Source of the DNA: Patescibacteria group bacterium
GTDB lineage: Bacteria; Patescibacteriota; Patescibacteriia; UBA10025; JAHIVO01
Assembly (NCBI GenBank): GCA_049325535.1
Contig: JBMOKY010000001.1
Span: 941,942 to 1,005,941 of the forward strand
Direction: 5' to 3'
DNA: 64,000 bases
In this document: one piece after another, positions 41,242 through 51,582 of the stretch
Layout of the letters: each line of letters opens with the position of its first letter
How positions within the stretch are numbered: the first letter of the stretch is position 1
Program-made: the position numbers and the translations under genes
Notes under the pieces: model-generated
What the model was told of the DNA's origin: nothing
Database searches by the model: none
What the model saw: only the letters and a program-made list of their open reading frames with translations

Positions 41242-42012
41242 ATGTACTACAAAAATATGCATAACCAAAAAGGTCTAGTACCGATCGTCGTCGTCAGCGC
41301 TATCGTAATCATCTCGCTGGTCGTGGTAGGAGCGGCCTGGTGGTACGAACAAGAAAAAGAAGAAGAACCGACGGTAAACACGCAAGGTACTGCAACGAAT
41401 AACAATGTCAATGCCCCATCCAACCAAAATCTAGCCAATGTCGTGGTCGTCAATGGCACTACAGCAGAAAACACGAATAACACCAATGCTACCACCGTCA
41501 TCAATGAAAACACGAATGCTACAGCTGAAACCGGATGTCCGGTATGGCCGACGTATACGGACCCTGAATACGGCTGGACTATGAACTACCCCTGCGATTG
41601 GACGTATGAGCGGGTCTACGAAGCATCGGGAGATGAAGTGTTATTTGACTATCCCATCCGCTATACCATATTTCAGAGCCCGACTGACCACTACCGGTTG
41701 CTGGTGGGCATCATGGAAGATGGCGGCGCAGGCAGCACTATCAATCGAACCGGCGTCGGTGCCGGCGACTGGCAGGATCAGGCAGCAATCATGGTGGCTA
41801 ATACGTCGGTGCCGGTGCGGGAATTAGTATACCAAAATAAAGTAAAAGAAGTGTTTTTCTATACCGCTGGCCCGGTGACCATCGGCAGTTATCTACTCAC
41901 CGCCACCTTTGACCAGGACCAGGATTCAATCGACTATGACGATATCGACCTGACCGATACAAACGAACTCGACCTGGGGCGGCAGATACTCATGTCACTC
42001 GAGCTGCCCTGA
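41242..42012 (+). CDS. Membrane-anchored protein with an N/T-rich linker and a PsbP-like domain
   Basis: NQKG-LVPIVVV prepilin-like N-terminus, Asn/Thr tract and W.TY.DPEYGW...YP.DW motif. Confidence 0.65.
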   Translation: MYYKNMHNQKGLVPIVVVSAIVIISLVVVGAAWWYEQEKEEEPTVNTQGTATNNNVNAPSNQNLANVVVVNGTTAENTNNTNATTVINENTNATAETGCPVWPTYTDPEYGWTMNYPCDWTYERVYEASGDEVLFDYPIRYTIFQSPTDHYRLLVGIMEDGGAGSTINRTGVGAGDWQDQAAIMVANTSVPVRELVYQNKVKEVFFYTAGPVTIGSYLLTATFDQDQDSIDYDDIDLTDTNELDLGRQILMSLELP

Positions 42013-42035
42013 CGCCGATGGCCTGACCACCACGC

Positions 42036-42746
42036 ATGCCCCGACCAGCCGTCCTGCTTATCCACGGATTTACCTCGCACCGCTCCAGTCTCGAGGCGGT
42101 TATTCCTGGATTGGACGCGCGCGGCATCGAATGGCACTACCCCATCCTGGCCGGCCACGGCACCAGCCCGGCCGATCTGGCTCATGCCCGATGGGAGGAC
42201 TGGCAGTACGATGTGGAGCAGGGTCTCAAATATCTCCAACCGGAAACTCGGCCAGTGGTCATCATCGCCCTCTCCATGGGATCGCTCCTTGGACTAGAAT
42301 TAGCTGCGAAATATCCTCAACAAATTTCCGGCGTGGTGCTGCTCTCACCATGTCTTCATTTCTATTCACGACTTGCACGCTATACCCGAGTGGTCAGCCG
42401 GGTCATTCCGCGCGTGCCAAACCCGAGTGTGGCAAAATTCAGCTCACCGACCTATGCTCAAAACGACCAAGGCTATTCCTGGTTTCCGACGGTGGCATTT
42501 CGGCGGTTCTGGATCCGCACCCTGCATTTTGACAGTGTCCTGGAAAAGGTCACCCAACCCGTACGCATTATTCACTCGCACAATGACAAAGTCGCCGCAC
42601 CATCCGGTGCCCAGCATATCTATGACACCATCCCGAGCACTGCTAAAGAACTCGTGTGGTTGGAGCACTCCGGACATGAGATTCTCCTCGACTGTGAAAC
42701 TGATCAGGTGCTGGAGGAGATATTCAAATTTCCCCTGCTGAACTAA
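42036..42746 (+). CDS. Alpha/beta hydrolase (carboxylesterase-like)
   Basis: LLIHGFTS, ALSMG nucleophile elbow, catalytic Asp (NDKVA) and His (SGHE). Confidence 0.88.
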   Translation: MPRPAVLLIHGFTSHRSSLEAVIPGLDARGIEWHYPILAGHGTSPADLAHARWEDWQYDVEQGLKYLQPETRPVVIIALSMGSLLGLELAAKYPQQISGVVLLSPCLHFYSRLARYTRVVSRVIPRVPNPSVAKFSSPTYAQNDQGYSWFPTVAFRRFWIRTLHFDSVLEKVTQPVRIIHSHNDKVAAPSGAQHIYDTIPSTAKELVWLEHSGHEILLDCETDQVLEEIFKFPLLN

Positions 42747-42928
42747 TATTTCCGCCAATCGTGATCAGTAAAAATGTCGGGGTCCGGGGGTTCCTCTCAG
42801 CCCTTCCTATGCAGTACAACAATTCAAAATGGCGAGCGCATAGCCCGCTCGAACACCGTCAGGCGGGCGGGGAGCCCCCGGCAGCTCTTTTGAACTACAT
42901 TTCATGCTGCCAAGAAAAGTAGCAGATT

Positions 42929-45793
42929 CTATTTCAATAACGGCTTGAGGAATTTACCCGTGTAACTGCGTGCTACCTTCACCACTTCCCGCGGAGTACC
43001 CTGAGCCACCACTTCTCCGCCCTTGTCGCCGCCCTCTGGCCCGAGATCGATGATCCAATCAGCTGATTTGATGACGTCCAGATTATGCTCGATGACCAGG
43101 ACGGTATTACCTTTGTCCACCAGTTGATTGAGTACGTGCAGCAAGCGTTTCACGTCATCGAAATGCAAACCCGTAGTCGGCTCATCCAAAATGTATAATG
43201 TCTTACCCGTCGCCCGACGCGACAATTCCGTGGCGAGTTTGACGCGCTGTGCCTCACCACCAGACAGCGTGGTCGCCGACTGCCCCAGATGGATGTAGCC
43301 CAACCCCACATCATAGAGTGTTTTCAGTTTATTATGGATGGCCGGTTGATTTTTGAAAAAATGCATGGATTCTTCCACGGTCATATTCAGCACCTCAGAA
43401 ATGTTCTTCCCCCGATAGTGAATCTCCAGCGCCTGTGGATTATACCGCCGCCCTTTACACTCTTCGCACTCCACGTACACATCGGGCAGGAACTGCATTT
43501 CGATCTTCACCAAACCATCACCCTGGCAAGCCTCACACCGACCGCCGACGACATTGAAACTAAACCGGCCCGGCGAGTACCCGCGGATGCGCGCTTCGGG
43601 CACCTGGGAAAATAAATCCCGGATATAAGTAAAGACTCCGGTGTACGTAGCGGGATTTGAACGTGGCGTCCGGCCAATGGGCGACTGGTCGATGACGATG
43701 ACTTTATCCAGATGCTCAGTACCTTCGATCGCTTTGTGCGCGCCGGGTACCTCCTTTGCCCGATAAAATTTCTGGGCCAATGCTTTGGCAAGGATATCAG
43801 TCATCAAGGTCGATTTTCCTGAACCGGAAACGCCGGTGATACAGATAAACCGACCCAGCGGAAATGTTACATCGACCTGCTTCAGATTGAATTCAGACGC
43901 GCCGCGAATGACCAATTTTTTACCGTTACCTTTTCGGTATTCCTTGGGCGCGGGTATGGACAGCTTGCCGGATAAGTATTTGCCGGTCAATGATTTAGGA
44001 TCCTTCATCAGCTGCTGCGGCGTACCGGCCGCCACAACCTCACCGCCGTGCTCTCCGGCTCCCGGACCGATATCCACCACATAGTCCGAAGCAAGAATGG
44101 TTCCCTCGTCATGCTCTACCACGATAACGGTATTTCCCAGTTCCTTCAGGGTAATCAGCGTTTGAATCAGTTTTTCATTGTCACGCTGATGCAGGCCAAT
44201 AGACGGCTCGTCTAATATGTATACCACCCCCACCAGTGATGAACCGATCTGGGTGGCCAGTCGGATGCGCTGTGCCTCGCCGCCGGCCAGGGTGGAAGCA
44301 GCCCGATCCAATGTCAAATAGTCCAGGCCGACATTATGGAGGAATTCCAAACGGGCAATAATCTCTTTCAATATCTGGCGGGCGACGACCTTATCCTGTT
44401 CCCGTTCAAATGCAATGGCGCCAAAAAAATCACGCGCTCCATCCACGGTCATATTGGCAATGTCAGCGATAGAGGTGCCCTGAATCAATACCGCTAGAGC
44501 CTCCGGTTTGAGCCGTTTGCCATGGCAGGCGGGGCACTCCAGTACTCGCATGTACTTTTCGATCTCCGTCCGGATGTAATCAGACTGGGTCTCCGCGTAC
44601 CGGCGCATCAGATTGGGAATGACCCCCTCAAAATTCTTGGTAAATTCCCCCTCAAACCTATCACTCGAATAATCCATGGTGTATTCCTTGGTTCCGGTGC
44701 CGTATAGAATCATCTCCAAGTGTTTGGCGCTCAATTTTTCTACCGGCACATCAAGCGAAAAACCGTTGGCATCCGCCACCTTCTCCAAAAATCGGATATA
44801 CCACGCTTGATTGGCTGACGTGCGCGCCCAGGGACGGATGGCTCCCTCGGCGATCGTTAGCTTCCGATTGGGAATGACCATAGCCGGGTCGATCTCCAGC
44901 CGGGTACCCAGCCCCGTGCACTCCGGGCATGCGCCGTGAGGATTATTGAAAGAAAAATTCCTGGGCTCAATGGGGGGCAAATTGATGTGGCAATGGGGAC
45001 AGGCAAAATGTTGGGAAAAAAGCTGGCTCAACTCATCATCAAACCGATGGATGACGACCAGGCCATCACCGAGATTCAATGCCGCCTCCAGCGACTCGCG
45101 CAATCGCTGTTTGTCCAGCGAGGCGTCATGAGTCAGCCGGTCGACGACAACGTCAATATCATGCTTTTTTTGCTTGTCGAGTGTTGTGTCTTCTGCCTCC
45201 TCGATGGGATAGAGGTCTCCGTCGATACGCACCCGGACATAGCCAGCCTTCCGTACCTCGGCGATGACTTTCTTGTGCTCGCCTTTCTGGCTGCGAATAA
45301 CCGGTGCCATGATGGCAAATTGGGTATTAGCCGGGAGCGCCAGTACCTGTTCCATTATCTGATCGATTGTTTGTTTGGTGACTACCCGACCGCACTGCGG
45401 GCAGTGCGGGGTACCGACCCGGGCATAGAGCAAACGCAAATAATCATAAATCTCGGTCACCGTACCGACTGTAGAACGAGGATTGTGTGAGGTCGATTTC
45501 TGATCAATGGAAATAGCTGGGGACAAACCGTCAATCTGATCCACGTCGGGTTTGTCCATCAAACCCAAAAATTGCCGGGCATACGCGGATAAAGATTCGA
45601 CATAGCGCCGCTGGCCCTCAGCATAGATAGTGTCAAATGCCAGAGACGATTTTCCGGAACCGGATATGCCGGTAATCACCACTAATTTATTTCGTGGCAA
45701 ATCGAGGCTGATATTCTTCAGATTATGCACCCGAGCGCCCCGGATCGAAATGACGGGTTCGGTGGCAGACGACTGACGAGCGCGTGCGGGCAT
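42929..45793 (-). CDS. uvrA: Excinuclease ABC subunit A
   Basis: GARVHNLKN, two Walker A motifs (SGSGKSS, SGSGKST), zinc fingers and LSGGEAQR. Confidence 0.99.
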   Translation of the reverse strand: MPARARQSSATEPVISIRGARVHNLKNISLDLPRNKLVVITGISGSGKSSLAFDTIYAEGQRRYVESLSAYARQFLGLMDKPDVDQIDGLSPAISIDQKSTSHNPRSTVGTVTEIYDYLRLLYARVGTPHCPQCGRVVTKQTIDQIMEQVLALPANTQFAIMAPVIRSQKGEHKKVIAEVRKAGYVRVRIDGDLYPIEEAEDTTLDKQKKHDIDVVVDRLTHDASLDKQRLRESLEAALNLGDGLVVIHRFDDELSQLFSQHFACPHCHINLPPIEPRNFSFNNPHGACPECTGLGTRLEIDPAMVIPNRKLTIAEGAIRPWARTSANQAWYIRFLEKVADANGFSLDVPVEKLSAKHLEMILYGTGTKEYTMDYSSDRFEGEFTKNFEGVIPNLMRRYAETQSDYIRTEIEKYMRVLECPACHGKRLKPEALAVLIQGTSIADIANMTVDGARDFFGAIAFEREQDKVVARQILKEIIARLEFLHNVGLDYLTLDRAASTLAGGEAQRIRLATQIGSSLVGVVYILDEPSIGLHQRDNEKLIQTLITLKELGNTVIVVEHDEGTILASDYVVDIGPGAGEHGGEVVAAGTPQQLMKDPKSLTGKYLSGKLSIPAPKEYRKGNGKKLVIRGASEFNLKQVDVTFPLGRFICITGVSGSGKSTLMTDILAKALAQKFYRAKEVPGAHKAIEGTEHLDKVIVIDQSPIGRTPRSNPATYTGVFTYIRDLFSQVPEARIRGYSPGRFSFNVVGGRCEACQGDGLVKIEMQFLPDVYVECEECKGRRYNPQALEIHYRGKNISEVLNMTVEESMHFFKNQPAIHNKLKTLYDVGLGYIHLGQSATTLSGGEAQRVKLATELSRRATGKTLYILDEPTTGLHFDDVKRLLHVLNQLVDKGNTVLVIEHNLDVIKSADWIIDLGPEGGDKGGEVVAQGTPREVVKVARSYTGKFLKPLLK

Positions 45794-45907
45794 AGCCGTA
45801 TCAATAATCAATACTAAAAAATATACGGAGGCAAGTATACACCCGCTGCCGAGGAAGGTCAAGCCGTAGCCGCAAAAAATCCGCCAGCCAGGGCGGCATT
45901 CCCCCAG

Positions 45908-46492
45908 CTAGCCCAGCAACCCCAGCTGATTGGCCATTTGCAGCATGACGGCGGTAAGCAATAGGAACCACAGCAGCAAAAAGTCCTTGCTTAATTTCTT
46001 CGCCACATCGCTCGATGGCCGCAACCCGTGGATATAAGCATACCCCTGGCCGATGTAATTGACGCCAAAAATCAGGGCAACCCCGCCGGCGACCACGCTG
46101 ATAAGTTGCATTGTTTCGGGTATGTCCGTGGTCCAAGCGAAAAATCCGATAATCGGCGCGATCGAGAGCAACACGATACCGATTATTGCTAGGGCGCCGA
46201 TCACAAAATACACCAGCTCAAGAAGATTGATCCGGGAACCCCGGATGATACTAAAGACGAACAATGAAGGCAGGCAGATCAGGAGCGAATCAAAATACAC
46301 CACGAGCGCTTTCCAGGCACGCTCAGTGACATGACCCCAGGTGAAATCAGTCACCGACAATGCGCCAAAAACAGCGATACCAACGACCGCCACGATGAAA
46401 TATTCGATGAGATAGCGCCGCCACAGTGATGACTGGGTTTTTGATTCAAAAACCGCTTGTTTATTTTTGAGGAGCAATGACGTTCCGAACAT
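45908..46492 (-). CDS. Hypothetical membrane protein
   Basis: About five TM segments; resembles the C-terminal TM region of the upstream gene (LLICLPSL..F; W.LL...V.LQ). Confidence 0.7.
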   Translation of the reverse strand: MFGTSLLLKNKQAVFESKTQSSLWRRYLIEYFIVAVVGIAVFGALSVTDFTWGHVTERAWKALVVYFDSLLICLPSLFVFSIIRGSRINLLELVYFVIGALAIIGIVLLSIAPIIGFFAWTTDIPETMQLISVVAGGVALIFGVNYIGQGYAYIHGLRPSSDVAKKLSKDFLLLWFLLLTAVMLQMANQLGLLG

Positions 46493-46513
46493 ATATATGT
46501 TCCTTTCCCGGCT

Positions 46514-47668
46514 TTAGAGCCGATTGATAGTTGATAAAATTTCTTCAAATACATTTCCGCTGTATAGCCGCGAAAATGGCAATGATTGATACACCGGATC
46601 GAGCACGCCAACCCATGGTCGAAGCATCCACCCCAGCTGCAACAACACGACGCCATACAACAGCATCCAAATTGCTATGAGTATGATGGCATACCGTACG
46701 CCCCACTTCAGATATTGGCTGTATTGACGGATGATGCTGACGAGATACGCAACCGCAAATAACACGAGTGCCCAGAGCAATGCCGCATCGTGTTCGAAAT
46801 GAGTAATGCTGGCGTACCCGACAATTGGGGCGAGTGCGGCTAAACTCATAGCACAGAGGGTGACCCATTGCAGCGCATGAATAGACATTTCACGAAGTGG
46901 GGTGATGACGCCCAGTAATCGAGCGAAAACAACATTCGCTGCTATTGAAAGAAGTAATGAACACAATAATAAAAATGGTAATTTAATAAACAAAAATAGA
47001 ATTTGATTCCACCCCGTGAAGCTGCCCAGGGCAATACTAAATACCGCTGACCACAGAATGGTAATCCAAATGAGAGAAACTGCCGTACGCAACGACGCTT
47101 CGACTGTTTCACCCTTCAATACCAATTTTGTTGTGCTCCATAGGTGGGCAGGCGTTACGCGTCGCCGTATGCTTAAAACCAATAACAATAAAACTCCCCC
47201 GCCAATCAATGTGGCCAATGTGATCAACCGAGTATTTACTTCCTCGGTATAGGTAATCAGTACTGGAGCCGCTGGCCAGGACATTGAGCTCTTAGCTTGG
47301 AAAATAATAATACGGAACGACGGATGGAGTGTGGTATCTAATGTTGAAATATCGATGGCATGTTCCGTCAGTCGCCGCGCATTAAAATTCGGGATACGGT
47401 GATTTGTATTGTCCCATAGTTCTATGTACAGCTGTTCATCCCCCCACTCACTGGGAATGGTGATCGTATCCCATGTTTTCACCTTCCAGGTCGGCAAGGT
47501 CAGTACTGCGTGATTTGTCTGATAAATTTTTTCCCCACGTATATCGTCCGGTACCAGCGTCAATCCTATTTCGTACGTGGTCGGGACGGATGCACGAGCA
47601 TCTATCGGCACACCTAATAGTACCAATGCTGTACTGAGAATCACTATATACATCGCAACTCGAGGCAT
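46514..47668 (-). CDS. Membrane protein with an N-terminal extracellular domain
   Basis: Signal peptide and soluble domain, then TM helices ending in WMLLYGVVLLQLGWMLRPWVG...GNVFE. Confidence 0.7.
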   Translation of the reverse strand: MPRVAMYIVILSTALVLLGVPIDARASVPTTYEIGLTLVPDDIRGEKIYQTNHAVLTLPTWKVKTWDTITIPSEWGDEQLYIELWDNTNHRIPNFNARRLTEHAIDISTLDTTLHPSFRIIIFQAKSSMSWPAAPVLITYTEEVNTRLITLATLIGGGVLLLLVLSIRRRVTPAHLWSTTKLVLKGETVEASLRTAVSLIWITILWSAVFSIALGSFTGWNQILFLFIKLPFLLLCSLLLSIAANVVFARLLGVITPLREMSIHALQWVTLCAMSLAALAPIVGYASITHFEHDAALLWALVLFAVAYLVSIIRQYSQYLKWGVRYAIILIAIWMLLYGVVLLQLGWMLRPWVGVLDPVYQSLPFSRLYSGNVFEEILSTINRL

Positions 47669-47683
47669 ATACCGTAAAAAAAT

Positions 47684-48859
47684 TTATCGATACCCTGGGA
47701 CTTGTTGCTCAAGCTCATGACGAATCTCTTCCACCGATTGGCGTCCTTGCACAAAGTATTCAATCTCCACTGAGCTGGCCGGCCGGCCGATGATCGCTCG
47801 ATGCAGATTATCAATCACCAACGTCCGTTCATATGATGCATACAGTACATCTTTTACCCGACTCATCGTACGGTACGCGCGCGTATAAGTATAAAACTCG
47901 ATATCTTTTTGCTCTGGCTGCCGTCCGAGAATTTCCTGATATACCAGGTATATTTCCGGCTTCCAGGAAATGATATCAACAGCGCCGTAATTATTGATGT
48001 CTGGGAAACTCAGAGACAGAAGCGGAAGGACAGCAAAGGCAGCGGACACAAAAAGTTTACGACCAAGGGCGCTCCCCTGATTACGCCAGTAGCGGCTCAG
48101 GAAATAAGCGCCACCGATGACCCCGACGATAATGACAAAATATACGGGCCAGAGCAGCGGATGAAAAAATGCCAGCTGCTGGCAGTGCGCCAGCTCACCG
48201 ACCAAAGGCGTCGTATCTCGGGTCAGATAGAGACAAGCATCCGGCTGAATGAACCGAAACAATTCTTTCCCGTGGAGCGCGGACCAAGTGGTCACTAGAG
48301 CAAAACCATAAATGCAAACTTTCTTGAAAAAAACCGGCAACCGCGACCAAAACCGCATCAGCCCAACAACAATGATGGACGCGAGTACAATCGCATGAAA
48401 CGGTACCAGCACCTTGTCGATATCATGCATGATTGTGATACTGATGCAGACCATCAAGCCAAATAGTATTGCCGACCACAGAGCGGACAGAGATCTTAGC
48501 CCCCAATACTCCGATAACAGTTTAATCACTATGATAACCACCGAAAATATGCCCACGTACAAAAGTGACAGTAATATTGGTTGCGCCAATACTCCATTCA
48601 GCGGGTATTGTTTCAGCCAGTAGCCGAGGGACAAGACGATGGCGACCGCCATGGCCACTGATGCGACAAACGTCGGATGCATCAACGAACGCCTCCGCAT
48701 CACACTCAGCGTTTCTCTTTCGTATTTTTGCACATTACCAAATCGCGCACGGGCCTGCGCATACGCGTCCTCAGGTGAAACGCCCGTGGCTATCAATTCA
48801 TCCGCACCATCGGCGATATGACTTTCTAATTCCTGTTTGATGTCGTCACGGTCTGACAT
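47684..48859 (-). CDS. Permease-prefix (HAAS-like) domain membrane protein, PadR-associated
   Basis: DIKQELESHI...G.SPEDA.AQARARFG N-terminus followed by TM helices; directly downstream of PadR. Confidence 0.75.
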   Translation of the reverse strand: MSDRDDIKQELESHIADGADELIATGVSPEDAYAQARARFGNVQKYERETLSVMRRRSLMHPTFVASVAMAVAIVLSLGYWLKQYPLNGVLAQPILLSLLYVGIFSVVIIVIKLLSEYWGLRSLSALWSAILFGLMVCISITIMHDIDKVLVPFHAIVLASIIVVGLMRFWSRLPVFFKKVCIYGFALVTTWSALHGKELFRFIQPDACLYLTRDTTPLVGELAHCQQLAFFHPLLWPVYFVIIVGVIGGAYFLSRYWRNQGSALGRKLFVSAAFAVLPLLSLSFPDINNYGAVDIISWKPEIYLVYQEILGRQPEQKDIEFYTYTRAYRTMSRVKDVLYASYERTLVIDNLHRAIIGRPASSVEIEYFVQGRQSVEEIRHELEQQVPGYR

Positions 48860-48860
48860 A

Positions 48861-49193
48861 TTACATGATTTTTTTGACGGCGTGGGCAAAAACTTGCCAT
48901 TCGGCGGTTTTGTCAGCTAAAACCTTTCGCCCCTTGTTTGTCAGACTATAGTACTTTCTCCTTCGCCCATCGACCTCCTGCCACCATGACTCGAGCAACC
49001 CTCCGATTTCGAGTTTATGCAGCAATGGATACAGCGTCCCCTCGCCGAGTGAAAAAACCTCATCACTCCGTGATCGTATTTCTTTGACAATCAGATACCC
49101 ATATAGGGGTTTTTGTTTCAAGACAGAAAGTAACAGAATCTCCAAGGACCCCTTCAATAATTCCTTATTTATTTTTCCCTGATGCAATACCAT
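48861..49193 (-). CDS. PadR-family transcriptional regulator
   Basis: LLKGSLEILLL...YGY.I...GTLYPLLHKLE..G...RRKYYSLT.KG. Confidence 0.94.
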   Translation of the reverse strand: MVLHQGKINKELLKGSLEILLLSVLKQKPLYGYLIVKEIRSRSDEVFSLGEGTLYPLLHKLEIGGLLESWWQEVDGRRRKYYSLTNKGRKVLADKTAEWQVFAHAVKKIM

Positions 49194-49332
49194 AACCCTA
49201 CCCTAACATACCTCGAATTACGATGCAATGACGTTATCCACATGACCAATCCAGCAACGTCCTATCACTTCCCCAATGCCCATCAGTTACTCCTGTCGTG
49301 CCAATATCCGCTGACTTGCTATACTGGGTAAT

Positions 49333-51117
49333 ATGATTACCCCTCCATTTATCAAATTGGCCAGCGTCCCGCATAAACCCGGTGTCTACCAGTACCGGGA
49401 TGCTGCCGGACGGCTGCTCTACATCGGTAAAGCCAAGGATTTGCGAAACCGCGTCTCGTCATATTTCCACAGTTCCGCTCAACACACCCCCTCGAAACAG
49501 ATCATGACAAATAAAATCGCAACGGTGGAATACATCATCACCTCATCGGAAACCGAGGCGCTGCTCCTGGAAGCCAGTCTGATCAAGCGCTACCAGCCAC
49601 CCTATAATATCGACCTGAAAGACGATAAAAATTTTCTCTATATCAAAATAACCACCGATGAAGAATTCCCCCGCGTCTTTACGGTCCGGCACGTCACCGG
49701 TGACCGGGCCAAATATTTTGGGCCCTATACCTCGGCACTGGCCGTGCGGCAAACACTGCACACACTCCGGCAGCTCTTCCCTCACCGCAATTTCCCAACC
49801 ACACCAAACAAACGCCAGCTGGAATACACGGTCAAACGCTATCCAGAACTGATGGGGCCATGCGACCCACGAGAATACCGCACCACCATCAATCGTATCA
49901 CTCAGTTCCTCACCGGCCACTATCAGGACATCATCCGCGAAGTAACCCAGGAGATGCGCCGCCGCTCAGCAAAACGACAATTCGAACGGGCAGCGCAGCT
50001 CCGCGACACCATCCATGCCATGCAGCGCATGATGGAAAAACAAAAGGTGGTTTCTCCCAAACGGGAAAACTGCGACATCCTCAGCCTGGCTCGGGACGCT
50101 AACCGCGCAGCGGTCAATCTCTTTTCCGTTCGCGATGGTAAGCTGATTGCCAAGCAGGATTTCCTGCTCGGCAATACGGGCGACCAAACCGATGGCCATA
50201 TTCTGCAGGCCTTCTGCGAACGGTTTTACGCCGCCCACACCAGTCTGCCTCCCATGCTCGTCGTACCGGTCGCGCTGCCCGATGCCAAACTTCTGACTGC
50301 GGCTTTTGGCTGCCGGATACTGGTACCGCAGCGCGGGACCAAACGTCAATATCTCCAACTGGGCCAAGAAAATGCTGCGCATCATCTGGAACAGCAGCGC
50401 GCTTCCTGGGAACGTGATCAGCGCACGCTGATCGGCGCCCTGGATGAATTCAAAAAGCGTCTCCAGCTTCCCAGCCGCCCCCGGCGCATCGAAGTCTATG
50501 ACATTTCCAATATTCAGGGAACGCATGCGGTCGGATCCATGGTCGTCTTTACCGACGGCAAACCGGATAAACAGTGGTATCGGAAATTTACCATCAAAAC
50601 GGTCCAGGGCGCCAATGATTTTGCCATGCTCAGTGAAGTGTTGCGCCGCCGCTTTCAGCACGCCCCGGTTTCCCCGGGCGGAGGGAGGGCTGGTATGAAG
50701 GGAGAATGGCCCAAACCCGATCTCATCATCCTGGACGGCGGCAAAGGCCAGCTCAGTGCAGTCACCAAACAAGTGCCTATCGATGTGCCCATCGTCGCGC
50801 TGGCAAAACAATTTGAAGATATATACCGACCTGGTGCTAATACCCCGCTCCGTTTCTCTCCCGACACGCCAGCATTTTTCCTCCTGCAGCGTATGCGCGA
50901 TGAGGCACATCGGTTCGCCATCACATTTTACCGAAAACGACACGGTACTGACACGACCGCATCGCGCCTGGATAGTATTCCCGGCATCGGTCCGACACTG
51001 AAGAAAAAATTGCTCACCCGATTCGGTTCAGTCGAAGCCATCCGCACCCAACCGGCCGCCGCACTCGCGATGGTAGTCGGTGACAGTCGAGCTCGCCGTA
51101 TCAAGGAACTCCTATGA
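49333..51117 (+). CDS. uvrC: Excinuclease ABC subunit C
   Basis: PGVY...LYIGKAKDLRNRV GIY-YIG domain, RIEVYDISN, DGGKGQL, RDEAHRFA and an HhH motif. Confidence 0.97.
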   Translation: MITPPFIKLASVPHKPGVYQYRDAAGRLLYIGKAKDLRNRVSSYFHSSAQHTPSKQIMTNKIATVEYIITSSETEALLLEASLIKRYQPPYNIDLKDDKNFLYIKITTDEEFPRVFTVRHVTGDRAKYFGPYTSALAVRQTLHTLRQLFPHRNFPTTPNKRQLEYTVKRYPELMGPCDPREYRTTINRITQFLTGHYQDIIREVTQEMRRRSAKRQFERAAQLRDTIHAMQRMMEKQKVVSPKRENCDILSLARDANRAAVNLFSVRDGKLIAKQDFLLGNTGDQTDGHILQAFCERFYAAHTSLPPMLVVPVALPDAKLLTAAFGCRILVPQRGTKRQYLQLGQENAAHHLEQQRASWERDQRTLIGALDEFKKRLQLPSRPRRIEVYDISNIQGTHAVGSMVVFTDGKPDKQWYRKFTIKTVQGANDFAMLSEVLRRRFQHAPVSPGGGRAGMKGEWPKPDLIILDGGKGQLSAVTKQVPIDVPIVALAKQFEDIYRPGANTPLRFSPDTPAFFLLQRMRDEAHRFAITFYRKRHGTDTTASRLDSIPGIGPTLKKKLLTRFGSVEAIRTQPAAALAMVVGDSRARRIKELL

Positions 51118-51275
51118 CCCAGCTATATACCGAAAACATCCAGAGCGACACTGAAGCCCGAGCCACCCGCCGAGCACGGAAAAAAAGAACCACCATGAAG
51201 GTCTCCGGCAGGAGTGTTCGAGAGCTGCAGCAGCTGATTATCAAACGAGGACGACAGCTTGACAGGGGGGTATAA
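51114..51275 (+). CDS. Small basic hypothetical protein (53 aa)
   Basis: ATGA overlap with the uvrC stop; MTQLYTENIQSDTEARATRRARKKRTTMKVSGRSVRELQQLIIKRGRQLDRGV. Confidence 0.55.
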   Translation: MTQLYTENIQSDTEARATRRARKKRTTMKVSGRSVRELQQLIIKRGRQLDRGV

Positions 51276-51328
51276 CTCTGGTATTGTACCGGATAATCGC
51301 TTGCATAAAGCTCTATATTGTAGTCCAT

Positions 51329-51550
51329 ATGGAAAACATACTAAATATTGCGCAAATAATTCTCGCTGCCATCATGGTGACCGCGATTTTGCTCCAAAAT
51401 AAAGGCACCGGACTGGGGGCGGCATTTGGTGGGGGCGAAAACGTCTATAGCACCAAACGCGGGTTTGAGAAGTCACTCTTTATCACCACGATCATCACGA
51501 GCATTCTATTTTTTGCCGTGGCAATCGCAAATATTCTTATCCGCGGATAA
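51329..51550 (+). CDS. secG: Preprotein translocase subunit SecG
   Basis: ILLQNKGTGLGAAFGG....TKRGFEK between two TM helices. Confidence 0.93.
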   Translation: MENILNIAQIILAAIMVTAILLQNKGTGLGAAFGGGENVYSTKRGFEKSLFITTIITSILFFAVAIANILIRG

Positions 51551-51582
51551 CTATCCTCTTCGTTAAGTATACGGCACGCATC

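Noticed and set aside
49966-50943. Long antisense ORFs (also 35262-36044, 53919-54608, 14048-14686)
   Set aside because: They are shadows of well-supported genes on the opposite strand and carry no recognisable motifs.
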